The notes beneath the pieces are model-generated. The model was not told where the DNA came from, made no database searches, and saw only the letters and a list, made by a program, of their open reading frames with translations. A stretch of 64,000 nucleotides of DNA from the human T2T-CHM13v2.0 reference genome, Homo sapiens: the NCBI RefSeq assembly GCF_009914755.1, contig NC_060933.1; one strand, given 5' to 3'. Position numbers and translations under genes: made by a program. Shown here piece by piece: positions 43,901 through 58,854 of this stretch; position 1 is the first letter of the stretch, and every line of letters begins with the position of its first letter.

Positions 43901-46050
43901 TACAGGGGAATGGAATGGAATGGAATGCAATGGAATGGAATCATCCGTAATGGAATGGAAAGGAATGGAATGGAATGGAATGGAATGGAATGGAATGGAA
44001 TGGAATGGAATCAACTCGATTGCAATCGAATGGAATGGAATTGAATTAACCCGAATAGAATGGAATGGAATGGAATGGAACGGAACGGAATGGAATGGAA
44101 TGGAATGGAATGGAACGGAATGGAATGGAACGGAACGGAACGGAATGGAATGGAATGGAATGGAATGGAATGGAATCAACGCGAGTGCAGGGGAATGGAA
44201 TGGAATGGAATGCAATGGAATGGAATCTTCCGGAATGGAATGGAATGGAATGGAATGGAATGAAATGCAATGGATTCAACTCGATTGCAATGGAATGGAA
44301 TAGAATGGAATGGAATGGAATGGAATGGAATTAATTCGAATAGAATGGAATGGAATGGAATGGAACGGAATGGAACAGAATGGAATGGAATGGAATGGAA
44401 TGGAATGGTATGGAATGGAATGGAATGGTACGGAATAGAATGGAATGGAACGAATTGTAATGGAATGGAATTGAATGGAATGGAATGGATTCAACGCGAG
44501 TGCAGGGGAATGTAATGGAACGGAATGCAATGGAATGGAATCATCCGGAATGGAATGGAATGGAATGGAATGGAATGGAATGGAATCAACCCGAGTGCAA
44601 TGGAATGGAGTGGAATGGAATGGAATGGAATGGAACAACCCGAATGGAATGGAATGTAATGGAGAGTAAGGGAGTTGAATAGAATCAATCCGAATGTAAT
44701 GGAATGCAATGCAACGGAATGGAATGGAATGGAATGGAATGGAATGCAATGGAATTGAATCAACCCGAGTACAATGGAATGGAATGGAATGGAATGGAAT
44801 GGAATGGAATGGAATGGAATGGAATGGAATGGAATGATACGGAATAGAATGGAATGGAACGAAATGGAATGGAATGGAATGGAATGGAATGGAATGGAAT
44901 GGAATGGAATGGAATGGAATGGAATCGTTCCGAGTGGAATAGGAGGGAATGTATTCGAGTGGAATGGAAAGGAATGGAATCAACCAGAGTGGAATGGAAG
45001 GGAATGGAATGGAATGGAAACTAATAGAATGGAATCAACCTGAGAGGAATGGAATGGAAAGGACTGGAATGGATTGGAATCAACTCGATTTTAATGGAAT
45101 GGAATGGAATGGAATGGAATGGAATGGAATGGAATGGAATTAACCCGAATACAATGCAATGGAATGGAATGGAAAGGAATGGAGTGGAATGGAATGGAAT
45201 GGAATGGAATGGAATCAACTCGATTGCAATCGAATGGAATGGAATGGAATTAACCCGAATAGAATGGAATGGAATGGAATGGAACGGAACGGAACGGAAC
45301 GGAATGGAATGGAATGGAATGGAATGGAATGGAATGGAACGGAAAGGAATGGAATGGAATGGAATGGAATGGAATGGAATGGAATCAACGCGAGTGCAGG
45401 GGAATGGAATGGAATGGAATGCAATGGAATGGAATCTTCCGGAATGGAATGGAATGGAATGGAATGGAATGGAATGGAATAAACCCGAGTGCAATGGAAT
45501 GGAGTGGAATGAAATGGAATGGAATGGAACAACCCGAATGGAATGGAATGTAATGGAGAGTAAGGGAGTTGAATAGAATGAATCCGAATGTAATGGAATG
45601 GAATGGAACGGAATGGAATTGAATGGAATGGAATGGAATGGAATGGAATCAACACGATTGCAATCGAATGGAATGGAATGGAATTAACCCGAATAGAATG
45701 GAATGGAATGGAATGGAACGGAATGGAATGGAATGGAATGGAATGGAATGGAATGGAATGGAATGGAATCAACCCGACTGCAGGGGAATGGAATGGAATG
45801 GAATGGAATGGAATGGAATCATCCGTAACGGAATGGAATGGAATCAAATCGATTGCAATGGAATGGAATGGAATGGAATGGAATCGAATGGAATGGAATG
45901 GAATTAACCGGAATAGAATGGAATGGAATAGAATGGAACGGAACGGAATGGAATGGAATGGAATGGATGGAATGGAGTGGAATGGAATGGAATGGAATCA
46001 ACCCGAGTGCAGGGGAATGGAAAGGAATGGCATGCAATGGAATGGAATCA
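34915..46050 (+). repeat. Recent tandem duplication: copy 1 ~34915-40320 (~5.4 kb), copy 2 ~40321-46050 (~5.7 kb)
   Basis: Many private variants at offsets 5401-5421 (GAGTGCATTGG, GAATTCCATGG, GGAACTGAGTGG, CCTGAGCGC 36783/42204, CCTGAGTATTGGGG 37611/43032, CATGGCTTGG 38443/43864). The offset then becomes ~5726-5741 (CGTTCCGAG 39190/44926, CTCGATTTT, CCGTAACGG, GGATGG 1-bp deletion). Confidence 0.95.
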
Positions 46051-49000
46051 TCCGGAATGGAATGGAATGGAATGGAATGCAATCAACCTGATGCAATGGA
46101 ATGGAGTGGAATGGAATGGAATAGAATGGAAACATCCCGAATGGAATGGAATGTAATGGAGTGTAAGGGAATTGAATAGAATCAATCCGAATGTAATGGA
46201 ATGGAATGGAATGAAATGGAATGGAATGGAATGGAATGGAATCAACCCGAGTGCAATGGAATGGATTCGAATGGAATGGAATGGAATGGAATGGAATGGA
46301 TTCAACAAGAATGGAATGGAAAGGAATGGAATCAACCCGAGTGTAATGGCATGGAATGGAACGGAATGGAATGGGATGGAATGGAATGGTACGGAATAGA
46401 ATGGAATGGAATGAAATGGAATAGAATGGAATGGAATGGAATGGAATGGAATGGAATGGAATGAACCCATGTGCAATGGAATGGAATGGAATGGAATGGA
46501 TTCAACTCGAATGGAATCCGCTCGATTGCATTGGAATGGAATGGAATTAAAAGGAATAGAATGGAATCAACCCGAGTGGAATGGAATGGAAAGGACTGGA
46601 ATGGAGTGAAATGGAATGGAATGGAATTAACCCGAATAGAATGAAATGGAACGGAATGGAATGGAATGGAATGTAATGGAATGGAATGGAATCAACCCGA
46701 GTGCAGGGGAATGGAATGGAATGGAATGCAATGGAATGGAATCATCCGGAATGGAATGGAATGGAATGGAATGGAATGGAATGGAATGGAATGGAATCAA
46801 CTCGATTTCAATGGAATGGAATGGAATAGAATTGAACGGAATTAACACGAATAGAATGGAATGGAATGGAATGGAATGGAACAGAAAGGAAAGGAATGGA
46901 ATGGAATGGAATCAACCCAAGTGCAGGGGAATGGAATGGAATGGAATTCAATGGAATGGAATCATCCGGAATGGAATGGAATGGAATGGAATGGAATGGA
47001 ATGGAATGGAATGGAATGGAATCAACCCGAGTGCAATGGACTGGAGAGGAATGGAATGGAATGGAATGGAAACTACACGAATGGAATGGAATGTAATGCA
47101 GTGTAAGGGAATTGAATAGAATGAATACGAATGGAATGGAATGGAATGGAATGGAAAGGAATGGAATGGAATGGAATGCAATGGAATGGAATGGAATGGA
47201 ATGCAATGCCATGGAATCAACCCGAGTGCAATCGAATGGAATCGAATGGAATGGAATGCAATGGAATGGATTCAACTTGAATGGAATGGAAAGAATGGAA
47301 TCAACACGAGTGGAAGGGCATGGATTGGAATGCAATGGAATGGAATCAACCCGAGTACAGGGGAATGGAATGGAATGGAATGAAATGGAATGTAATCATC
47401 CGTAATGTAATGGAAAGGAATGGAATGGAATGGAATGGAATGGAATGGAATGGAATCAACACGATTGCAATCGAGTGGAATGGAATGGAATTAACCCGAA
47501 TAGAATGGAATGGAATGGAATGGAACGGAACGGAATGGAATGGAATGGAATGGAATGGAATGGAATGGAACGGAACGGAATGGAATGGAATGGAATGGAA
47601 TGGAAAGGAATGGAATCAACGCGAGTGCAGGGGAATGGAATGTAATGGAATGCAATGGAATGGAATCTCCCGGAATGGAATGGAATGTAATGGAATCAAC
47701 CCGAGTGCAATGGAATGGAGTGGAATGGAATGGAATGGAATGGAACAACCCGAATGGAATGGAATGTAATGGAGAGTAAGGGAGTTGAATAGAATCAATC
47801 CGAATGTAATGGAATGGAATGGAACGGAATAGAATTGAATGGAATGGAATGGAATGCAATGGAATGGAATCAACCCGAGTGCAATGGAATGGAGAGGAAT
47901 GGAATGGAATGGAATGGAAACTACCCGAATGGAATGGAATGTAATGGAGTGTAAGGGAATTGAATAGAATCAATCCGAATGTAATGGAATGGAATGGAAC
48001 GGAATGGAATGGAATGGAATGGAATGGAATGGAATGCAATGGAATGGAATCAACCCGAGTGCAATCGAATGGAATCGAATGGAATAGAATGCAATGGAAT
48101 GGATTCAACTTGAATGGAATGGAAAGAATGGAATCAACACGAGTGGAATAGCATGGATTGGAATGGAATGGAATGGAATCAACCCGAGTACAGGGGAATG
48201 GAATGGAATGGAATGCAATGGAATGGAATCATCCGTAATGGAATGGAAAGGAATGGAATGGAATGGAATGGAATGGAATGGAATGGAATGGAATCGACTC
48301 GATTGCAATCAAATGGAATGGAATGGAATTAACCCGAATAGAATGGAATAGAATGGAATGGAACGGAACGGAATGGAATGGAATGGAATGGAATGGAATG
48401 GAACGGAACGGAACGGAATGGAATGGAATGCAATGGAATGGAATGGAATCAACGCGAGTGCAGGGGAATGGAATGGAATGGAATGCAATGGAATGGAATC
48501 TTCCGGAATGGAATGGAATGGAATGGAATGGAATGGAATGAAATGCAATGGATTCAACTCGATTGCAATGGAATGGAATAGAATGGAATGGAATGGAATG
48601 GAATGGAATTAATCCGAATAGAATGGAATGGAATGGAATGGAACGGAATGGAACGGAATGGAATGGAATTGAATGGAATGGAATGGTATGGAATGGAATG
48701 GAATGGTACGGAATAGAATGGAATGGAACGAATTGTAATGGAATGGAATTGAATGGAATGGAATGGAATGGAATGGAATCAACGGGAGTGCAGGGGAATG
48801 TAATGGAACGGAATGCAATGGAATGGAATCATCCAGAATGGAATGGAATGGAATGGAATGGAATGGAATGGAATGGAATGGAATCACCCCGACTGCAATG
48901 GAATGGAGTGGAATGGAATGGATTGGAATGGAACAACCCGAATGGAGTGGAATGTAATGGAGAGTAAGGGAGTTGAATAGAATCAATCCTAATGTAATGG

Positions 49001-49499
49001 AATGGAATGCAACGGAATGGAATGGAATGGAATGGAATGGAATGGAATGGAATGCAATGGAATTGAATCAACCCGAGTACAATGGAATGGAATGGAATGG
49101 AATGGAATGGAATGGAATGATACGGAATAGAATGGAATGGAACGAAATGGAATGGAATGGAATGGAATGGAATGGAATGGAATGGAATGGAATGGAATGG
49201 AATCGTTCCGAGTGGAATAGGAGGGAATGTATTCGAGTGGAATGGAAAGGAATGGTATCAACCAGAGTGGAATGGAAGGGAATGGAATGGAATGGAATCA
49301 ACTCGATTGTAATGGAATGGAATGGAATGGAATGGAATGGAATGGAATGGAATGGAACGGAACGGAACGGAATGGAATGGAATGGAATGGAATGGAATCA
49401 ACGCGAGTGCAGGGGAATGGAATGGAATGGAATGCAATGGAATGGAATGGAATGGGATCAACGCGAGTGCAGGGGAATGGAATGGAATGGAATGCAATG

Positions 49500-52400
49500 G
49501 AATGGAATCTTCCGGAATGGAATGGAATGGAATGGAATGGAATGAAATTCAATGGATTCAACTCGATTGCAATGAAATGGAATAGAATGGAATGGAATGG
49601 AATGGAATGGAATGAACCCGAATAGAATGGAATGGAATGCAATGGAACGGAATGGAACGGAATGGAATGGAATGGAATGGAATGGTATGGTATGGAATGG
49701 AATGGAATGGTACGGAATAGAATGGAATGTAACGAATTGTAATGGAATGGAATTGAATGGAATGGAATGGAATCAACGCGAGTGCAGGGGAATGGAATTG
49801 AATGGAATGGAATGGAATCAACGCGAGTGCAGGGGAATGTAATGGAACGGAATGCAATGGAATGGAATCATCCGGAATGGAATGGAATGGAATGGAATGG
49901 AATGGAATGGAATGGAATGGAATCAACCCGAGTGCAATGGAATGGAGTGGAATGGAATGGAATGGAATGGAACAACCCGAATGGAATGGAATGTAATGGA
50001 ATGTAAGGGAGTTGAATAGAATCAATCCGAATGTAATGGAATGGAATGCAACGGAATGGAATGGAATGGAATGCAATGGAATGCAATCAACCCGAGTACA
50101 ATGGAATGGAATGGAATCGAATGGAATGGAATGGAATGGAATGGAATGGAATGGAATGCCTTCAAACCGAATGGAATGGAAAGGAATGGAATCAACACGA
50201 GTGGAATGGAATGGAATGGAATGGAATGGAATGATACGGAATAGAATGGAATGGAACGAAATGGAATGGAATGGAATGGAATGGAATGGAAAGGAATGGA
50301 ATGGAATGGAATCGTTCCGAGTGGAATAGGAGGGAATGTATTCGAGTGGAATGGAAAGGAATGGAATCAACCAGAGTGGAATGGAAGGGAATGGAATGGA
50401 ATGGAAACTAATAGAATGGAATCAACCCGAGTGGAATGGAATGGAAAGGACAGGAATGGAATGGAATGGAATGGTATCAACTCGATTGTAATGGAATGGA
50501 ATGGAATGGAACGGAATGTAATGGAATTAACCCCAATACAATGGAATGGAATGGAATGGAATGGAATGGAGTGGAATGGAATGGAATCAACCCGAGTGCA
50601 GGGGAATGGAATGGAATGGAATGCAATGGAATGGAATAATCCGGTATGGAATGGAATGGAATGCAATGCAAAGCAATGGAATCAACTCGATTGCAATGGA
50701 ATGGAATGCAATGGAAAGGAATACATTGGAATCAACCCGAGTGGAATGGAATGGAAAAGACTGGAATGGAGTGGAATGGAATGGAATGGAATGGAATGGA
50801 ATCAACTCGATTGGAATGGAATGGAATGGAATGGAATAGAATGGAATGGAATGGAATCAACCCGAGTGCAGGGGAATGGAATGGAATGGAATGCAATGGA
50901 ATGGATGCAACTTGAATGGAATGGAAAGAATGGAATCAACACGAGTGGAATGGCATGGATTGGAATGGAATGGAATGGAATGAACCCGAGTACAGGGGAA
51001 TGGAATGGAATGGAATGCAATGGAATGGAATCATCCGTAATGGAATGGAAAGGAATGGAATGGAATGGAATGGAATGGAATGGAATGGAATGGAATGGAA
51101 TCAACTCGATTGCAATCGAATGGAATGGAATGGAATTAACCCGAATAGAATGGAATGGAATGGAATGGAACGGAACGGAACGGAATGGAATGGAATGGAA
51201 TGGAATGGAATGGAATGGAACGGAAAGGAATGGAATGGAATGGAATGGAATGGAATGGAATGGAATGGAATCAACGTGAGGGCAGGGGAATGGAATGGAA
51301 TGGAATGCAATGGAATGGAATCTTCCGGAATGGAATGGAATGCAATGGAATGGAATGGAATGGAATGGAATGGAATGGAATGGAATGGAATAAATCCGAG
51401 TGCAATGGAATGGAGTGGAATGGAATGGAGTGGAATGGAATGGAATGGAATGGAACAGCCCGAATGGAATGGAATGGAATATAATGGAGAGTAAGGGAGT
51501 TGAATAGAATCAATCCGAATGTAATGGAATGGAATGGAACGGAATGGAATTGAATGGAATGGAATGGAATGAAATGGAATGGAATCAACCCGAGTGCAAT
51601 GGAATGGAGAGGAATGGAATGGAATGGAATGGAATGGAATGGAAACTACCCGAATGGAATGGAATGCAATGGAGTGTAAGGGAATTGAATAGAATCAATC
51701 CGAATGTAATGCAATGGAATCGAACGGAATGGAATGGAATGGAATGGAATGGAATGGAATGGAATGGAATGGAATGCAATGGAATGGAATCAACCCGAGT
51801 GCAATCGAATGGAATCGAATGGAATGGAATGCAATGCAATGGATTCAACTTGAATGGAATGGAAAGAATGGAATCAACACGAGTACAGGGGAATGGAATG
51901 GAATGGAATGCAATGGAATGGAATCATCCGTAATGGAATGGAAAGGAATGGAATGGAATGGAATGGAATGGAATGGAATGGAATGGAATCAACACGATTG
52001 CAATCGAATGGAATGGAATGGAATTAAACCGAATAGAATGGAATGGAATGGAATGGAATGGAACGGAGTGGAATGGAATGGAATGGAATGGAACGGAGTG
52101 GAATGGAATGGAATCAACACGAGTGCAGGGGAATGGAATGGAATGGAATGCAATGGAATGGAATCATCCGGAATTGAATGGAATGGAATGGAATGCAAAG
52201 AAATGGAATCAACTCGATTGAAATGGAATGGAATGGAATGGAAAGGAATACATTGGAATCAACCCGAGCGGAATGGAATGGAAATGACTGGAATGGAGTG
52301 GAATGGAATGGAATGGAATGGAATGGAATCAACTCGATTGGAATGGAATGGAATGGAATGGAATGGAATGGAATGGAATGGAACGGAACGGAACGGAATG

Positions 52401-55400
52401 GAATGGAATGGAATGGAATGGAATGGATTCAACCCGACTGCAGGGGAATGGAATGGAATGGAATGCAATGGAATGGATTCAACTTGAATGGAATGGAAAG
52501 AATGGAATAACACGAGTGGAATGGCATGGATTGGAATGGAATGGAATGGAATCAACCCGAGTACAGGGGAATGGAATGGAATGGAATGCAATGGAATGGA
52601 ATCATCCGTAATGGAATGGAAAGGAATGGAATGGAATGGAATGGAATGGAATGGAATGGAATCAACTCGATTGCAATCGAATGGAATGGAATGGAATTAA
52701 CCCGAATAGAATGGAATGGAATGGAATGGAACGGAACGGAACGGAACGGAACGGAATGGAATGGAATGGAATGGAACGGAACGGAAAGGAATGGAATGGA
52801 ATGGAATGGAATGGAATGGAATGGAATCAACGCGAGTGCAGGGGAATGGAATGGAATGGAATGCAATGGAATGGAATCTTCCGGAATGGAATGGAATGGA
52901 ATGGAATGGAATGGAATGGAATGGAATAAACCCGAGTGCAATGGAATGGAGTGGAATGGAATGGAATGGAATGGAACAACCCGAATGGAATGGAATGTAA
53001 TGGAGAGTAAGGGAGTTGAATAGAATCAATCCGAATGGAATGGAATGGAATGGAACGGAATGGAATTGAATGGAATGGAATGGAATGCAATGGAATGGAA
53101 TCAACCCGAGTGCAATGGAATGTAGAGGAATGGAATGGAATGGAATGGAAACTACCCGAATGGAATGGAATGTAATGGAGTGTAAGGGAATTGAATAGAA
53201 TCAATCCGAATGTAATGGAATAGAATGGAACGGAATGGAATGGAATGGAATGGAATTGAATGGAATGGAATGCAATGGAATGGAATCAACCCGAGTGCAA
53301 TCGAATGGAATCGAATGGAATGGAATGCAATGGAATGGATTCAACTTGAATGGAATGGAAAGAATGGAATAAACACGAGTGGAAGGGCATGGATTGGAAT
53401 GCAATGGAATGGAATCAAACCGAGTACAGGGGAATGGAATGGAATGGAATGCAATGGAATGGAATCATCCGTAATGGAATGGAAAGGAAAGGAATGGAAT
53501 GGAATGGAATGGAATCAACAAGATTGCAATAGAATGGAATGGAATGGAATTAACCCGAATAGAATGGAATGGAATGGACTGGAACGGAACGGAATGGAAT
53601 GGAATGGAATGGAATGGAATGGAACGGAACGGAACGGAATGGAATGGAATGGAATGGAATGGAATGGAATGGAATCAACGCCAGTACGGGGGAATGGAAT
53701 GTAATGGAATGCAATGGAATGGAATCTTCCGGAATGGAATGGAATGGAATGGAATGGAATGGAATCAATCCGAGTGCAATGGAATGGAGTGGAATGGAAT
53801 GGAATGGAATGGAACAACCCGAATGGAATCGAATGTAATGGAGAGTAAGGGAGTTGAATAGAATCAATCCGAATGTAATGGAATGGAATGGAATGGAATG
53901 GAATTGAATGGAATGGAATGGAATGCAATGGAATGGAATCAACCCGAGTGCAATGGAATGGAAAGAAATGGAATGGAATGGAGTGGAAACTAGCCGAATG
54001 GAATGGAATGCAATGGAATGGAATCAAACCGAGTGCAATGGAATGGAGAGAAATGGAATGGAATGGAGTGGAAACTACGGGAATGAAATGGAATGTAATG
54101 GAGTGTAAGGGAATTGAATAGAATCAATCCGAATGTAATGGAAAGGAATGGAACGGAATGGAATGGAATGGAATGGAATGGAATGGAATGGAATGGAATG
54201 CAATGGAATGGAATCAACCCGAGTGCAATCGAATGGAATCGAATGGAATGGAATGCAATGGAATTGAATCAACTCGATTGCAATCGAATGGAATGGAATG
54301 GAATTAACCCGAATAGAATGGAATGGAATGGAATGGAAAGGAACGGAATGGAATGGAATGGAATGGAATGGAATTGAATGGAATGGAACGGAACGGAATG
54401 GAATGGAATGGAATGGAATGGAATCAACGCGAGTGCAGGGGAATGGAATGGAATGGAATGCAATGGAATGGAATCTTCCGGAATGGAATGGAATGGAATG
54501 GAATGAAACGCAATGGATTCAACTCGATTGAAATGGAAGGGAATAGAATGGAATGGAATGGAATGGAATGGAATGAACACGAATAGAATGGAATGGAATG
54601 CAATGGAACGGAATGGAACGGAATGGAATGGAATGGAATGGAATGGAATGGTATGGAATGGAATGGAATGGTACGGAATAGAATGGAATGTAACGAATTG
54701 TAATGGAATGGAATTGAATGGAATGGAATGGAATCAACGCGAGTGCAGGGGAATGTAATGGAACGGAATTCAATGGAATGGAATCATCCGGAATGGAATG
54801 GAATGGATTGGAATGGAACGGAATGAAATCAACCCGAGTGCAATGGAATCGAGTGGAATGGAATGGAATGGAATGGAACAACACGAATGGAATGGAATGT
54901 AATGGAATGTAAGGGAGTTGAATAGAATTAATCCGAATGTAATGGAATGGAATGCAACGGAATGGAATGGAATGGAATGCAGTGGAATGCAATCAACCAG
55001 AGTACAATGGAATGGAATGGAATGGAATGGAATGGAATGGAATGGAATGGAATGGAATGCCTTCAAACCGAATGGAATGGAAAGGAATGGAATCAACACG
55101 AGTGGAATGGAATGGAATGGAATGGAATGGAATGCAATGGAATGGAATGATACGGAATAGAATGGAATGGAACGAAATGGAATGGAATGCAATGGAATGG
55201 AATGATACGGAATAGAATGGAATGGAACGAAATGGAATGGAATGGAATGGAATGGAATGGAATGGAATGGAATGGAATGGAATCGTTCCGAGTGGAATAG
55301 GAGGGAATGTATTCGAGTGGAATGGAAAGGAATGGAATCAACCAGAGTGGAATGGAAGGGAATGGAATGGAATGGAAACTAATAGAATGGAATCAACCCG

Positions 55401-56400
55401 ATTGGAATGGAATGGAAAGGACTGGAATGGAATGGAATGGAATGGAATCAACTCGATTGTAATGGAATGGAATGGAATGGAATGGAATGGAATGGAATGG
55501 AATTAACCCGAATACAATGGAATGGAAAGGAAAGGAACGGAATGGAGTGGAATGGAATGGAATCAACCCGAGTGCAGGGGAATGGAATGGAATGGAATGC
55601 AATGGAATGGATTCAACTTGAATGGAATGGAAAGAATGGAATCAACACGAGTGGAATGGCATGGATTGGAATGGAATGGAATGGAATGAACCCGAGTACA
55701 GGGGAATGGAATGGAATGGAATGCAATGGAATGGAATCATCCGTAATGGAATGGAAAGGAATGGAATGGAATGGAATGGAATGGAATGGAATGGAATCAA
55801 CTCGATTGCAATCGAATGGAATGGAATGGAATTAACCCGAATAGAATGGAATGGAATGGAATGGAACGGAACGGAATGGAATGGAATGGAATGGAATGGA
55901 ATGGAATGGAACGGAAAGGAATGCAATGGAATGGAATGGAATGGAATGGAATGGAATGGAATGGAATGGAATCAACGCGAGTGCAGTGGAATGGAATGGA
56001 ATGGAATGCAATGGAATGGAATCTTCCGGAATGGAATGGAATGGAATGGAATGGAATGGAATGGAATGGAATAAACCCGAGTGCAATGGAATGGAGTGGA
56101 ATGGAATGGAATGGAATGGAACAGCCCGAATCGAATGGAACGTAATGTAGAGTAAGGGAGTTGAATAGAATCAATCCGAATGTAATGGAATGGAATGGAA
56201 CGGAATGGAATTGAATGGAATGGAATGGAATGCAATGGAATGGAATCAACCCTAGTGCAATGGAATGGAGAGAAATGGAATGGAATGGAATGGAAACTAC
56301 CCGAATGGAATAGAATGTAATGGAGTGTAAGGGAATTGAATAGAATCAATCCGAATGTAATGGAATGGAAAGGAATGGAATGGAATGGAATGGAATGGAA
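49500..56400 (+). repeat. Older duplication, offset ~4.7-5.0 kb (49500-51600 vs 54460-56300)
   Basis: TGTAACGAATTG ~49728/54689, GGAATGTAAGGGAG ~49998/54904, CGTTCCGAG 50313/55284, TGAACCCGAGTAC 50981/55687, ACAGCCCGA ~51455/56121. Confidence 0.7.
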
Positions 56401-58854
56401 TGGAATGGAATGGAATCAACACGATTGCAATAGAATGGAATGGAATGGAATTAACCCGAATAGAGTGTAATGGAATGGAATGGAACGGAACGGAATGGAA
56501 TGGAATGGAATGGAATGGAATGGAACGGAACGGAACGGAATGGAATGGAATGGAATGGAATGGAATGGAATGGAATGGAATCAACTCGAGTGGAAAGGAA
56601 TGGAGTGGAATGGAAAGGAATGGAATGAAGTCAACTCGAGTGGAATGGAATGGAATGGAATGGATTGGAATGGATTGCAATGGAATGAAATGGAATGGAA
56701 TGGAATGGAATCAATCATTCCGAGTGGAATGGAAGGGAATGTAATGGAGTGGAAAGAAGGGAATGGAATCAACCCGAGTGGAATGCAAGGCAATGGAATG
56801 GAATGGAAAGGAATGGAATGGAATCAACACGATTGCAATGGAATGGAATGGAATGGAATGGAATGGAATGGAATGGAATGGAATTAACCGGAATAGAATG
56901 GAATGGAATGGAATGGAACGGAATGGAATGGAATGGAAGGGAATGGAATCAACACGAGTGCAGGGGAATGGAATGGAATGGAATGGAATGGAATGGAATC
57001 AACTCCATTGCAATGGAATGGAATGGAATGGAATGGAATAGAATGGAATGGAATTAACCCGAATAGAATGGAATGCAATAGAATGGAATGCAACGGAACC
57101 GAATGGAGTGGAATAGAATGGAATGGAATCAACCCGAGTACAGGGGAATGGAATGGAATGGAATGCAATGGAATGGAGTCATCCGTAATGGAATGGAAAG
57201 GAATGGAATGGAATGGAATGGAATGGAATGAAATGGAATCAACTCGATGGCAATCGAATGGAATGGAATGGAATTAACCCGAATAGAATATAATGGAATG
57301 GAATGGAACGGAACGGAATGGAATGGAATGGAATGGAATGGAATGGAACGGAACGGAATGGAATGGAATGGAATGGAATGGAATCAACGCGAGTGCAGGG
57401 GAATGGAATGCAATGGAATGCAATCGAATGGAATCTTCCGGAATGGAATGCAATGGAATGGAATGGAATGAAAGGCAATGGATACAACTCGATTGCAATG
57501 GAATGGAATAGAATGGAATGGAATGGAATGGAATGGAATGGAATTGAACGGAATGGAATACCTTCAAACCGAATGGAATGGAAAGGAATGGAATCAACAC
57601 GAGTGGAAAGGAATGGAATGGAAAGGAATGGAATGGAATGGAATGGTACGGAATAGAATGGAATGGAACGAACTGGAATGGAATGGAATGGAATGGAATG
57701 GAATGGAATGGAATCATTCCGAGTGGAATAGGATGGAATGTATTCGAGTGGAATGGAAAGGAATGGAATCAACCAGAGTGGAATGGAAGGGAATGGAATG
57801 GAATGGAAACTAATAGAATGGAATCAACCCGAGTGGAATGGAATGGAAAGGACTGGAATGGAATGGAATGGAATGGAATGGAATGGAATCAACTCGATTG
57901 TAATGGAATGGAATGGAATGGAATGGAATGGAATGGAATTAACCCGAATACAATGGAATGGAATGGAATGGAACGGAATGGAGTGGAATGGAATGGAATC
58001 AACCCGAGTGCAGGGGAATGGAATGGAATGGAATGCAATGGAATGGAATCATCCGGAATGGAATGGAATGGAATGGAATGCAAAGCAATGGAATCAACTC
58101 GATTGCAATGGAATGGAATGGAATGGAAAGGAATAGAATGGAATCAACCCAAGTGGAATGGAATGGAAAGGACTGGAATGGAGTGGAATGGAATGGAATG
58201 GAATGGAATGGAATCAACTCGATTGTAATGGAATGGAATGGAATTGAATGGAATGGAATTAACCCGAATAGAATGGAATGGAATGGAATGGAACGGAATG
58301 GAATGGAATGGAATGGAATGGAATGGAATGGAATGGAATCAACCCGACTGCAGGGGAATGCAATGGAATGGAATGGAATGGAATGGAATCATCCGGAACG
58401 GAATGGAATGGAATGGAATGGAATCAAATCGATTGCAATGGAATGGAATGGAATGGAATGGAATCGAATGGAATGGAGTGGAATTAACCGGAATAGAATG
58501 GAATGGAATGGAATGGAACGGAATGAAATGGAATGGAATGGAATGGAATGGAATGGAATGAACCCGAGTGCAGGGGAATGGAATGGAATGGAATGCAATG
58601 GAAAGGAATCATCCGGAATGGAATGGAATGGAATGGAATGCAATCAACCTGATGCAATGGAATGGAGTGGAATGGAATGGAATGGAATGGAAACATCCCG
58701 AATGGAATGGAATGTAATGGAGTGTAAGGGAATTGAATAGAATCAATCCGAATGTAATGGAATGGAATGGAATGAAATGGAATGGAATGGAATGGAATGG
58801 AATCAACCCGAGTGCAATGGAATGGATTCGAATGGAATGGAATGGAATGGAATG

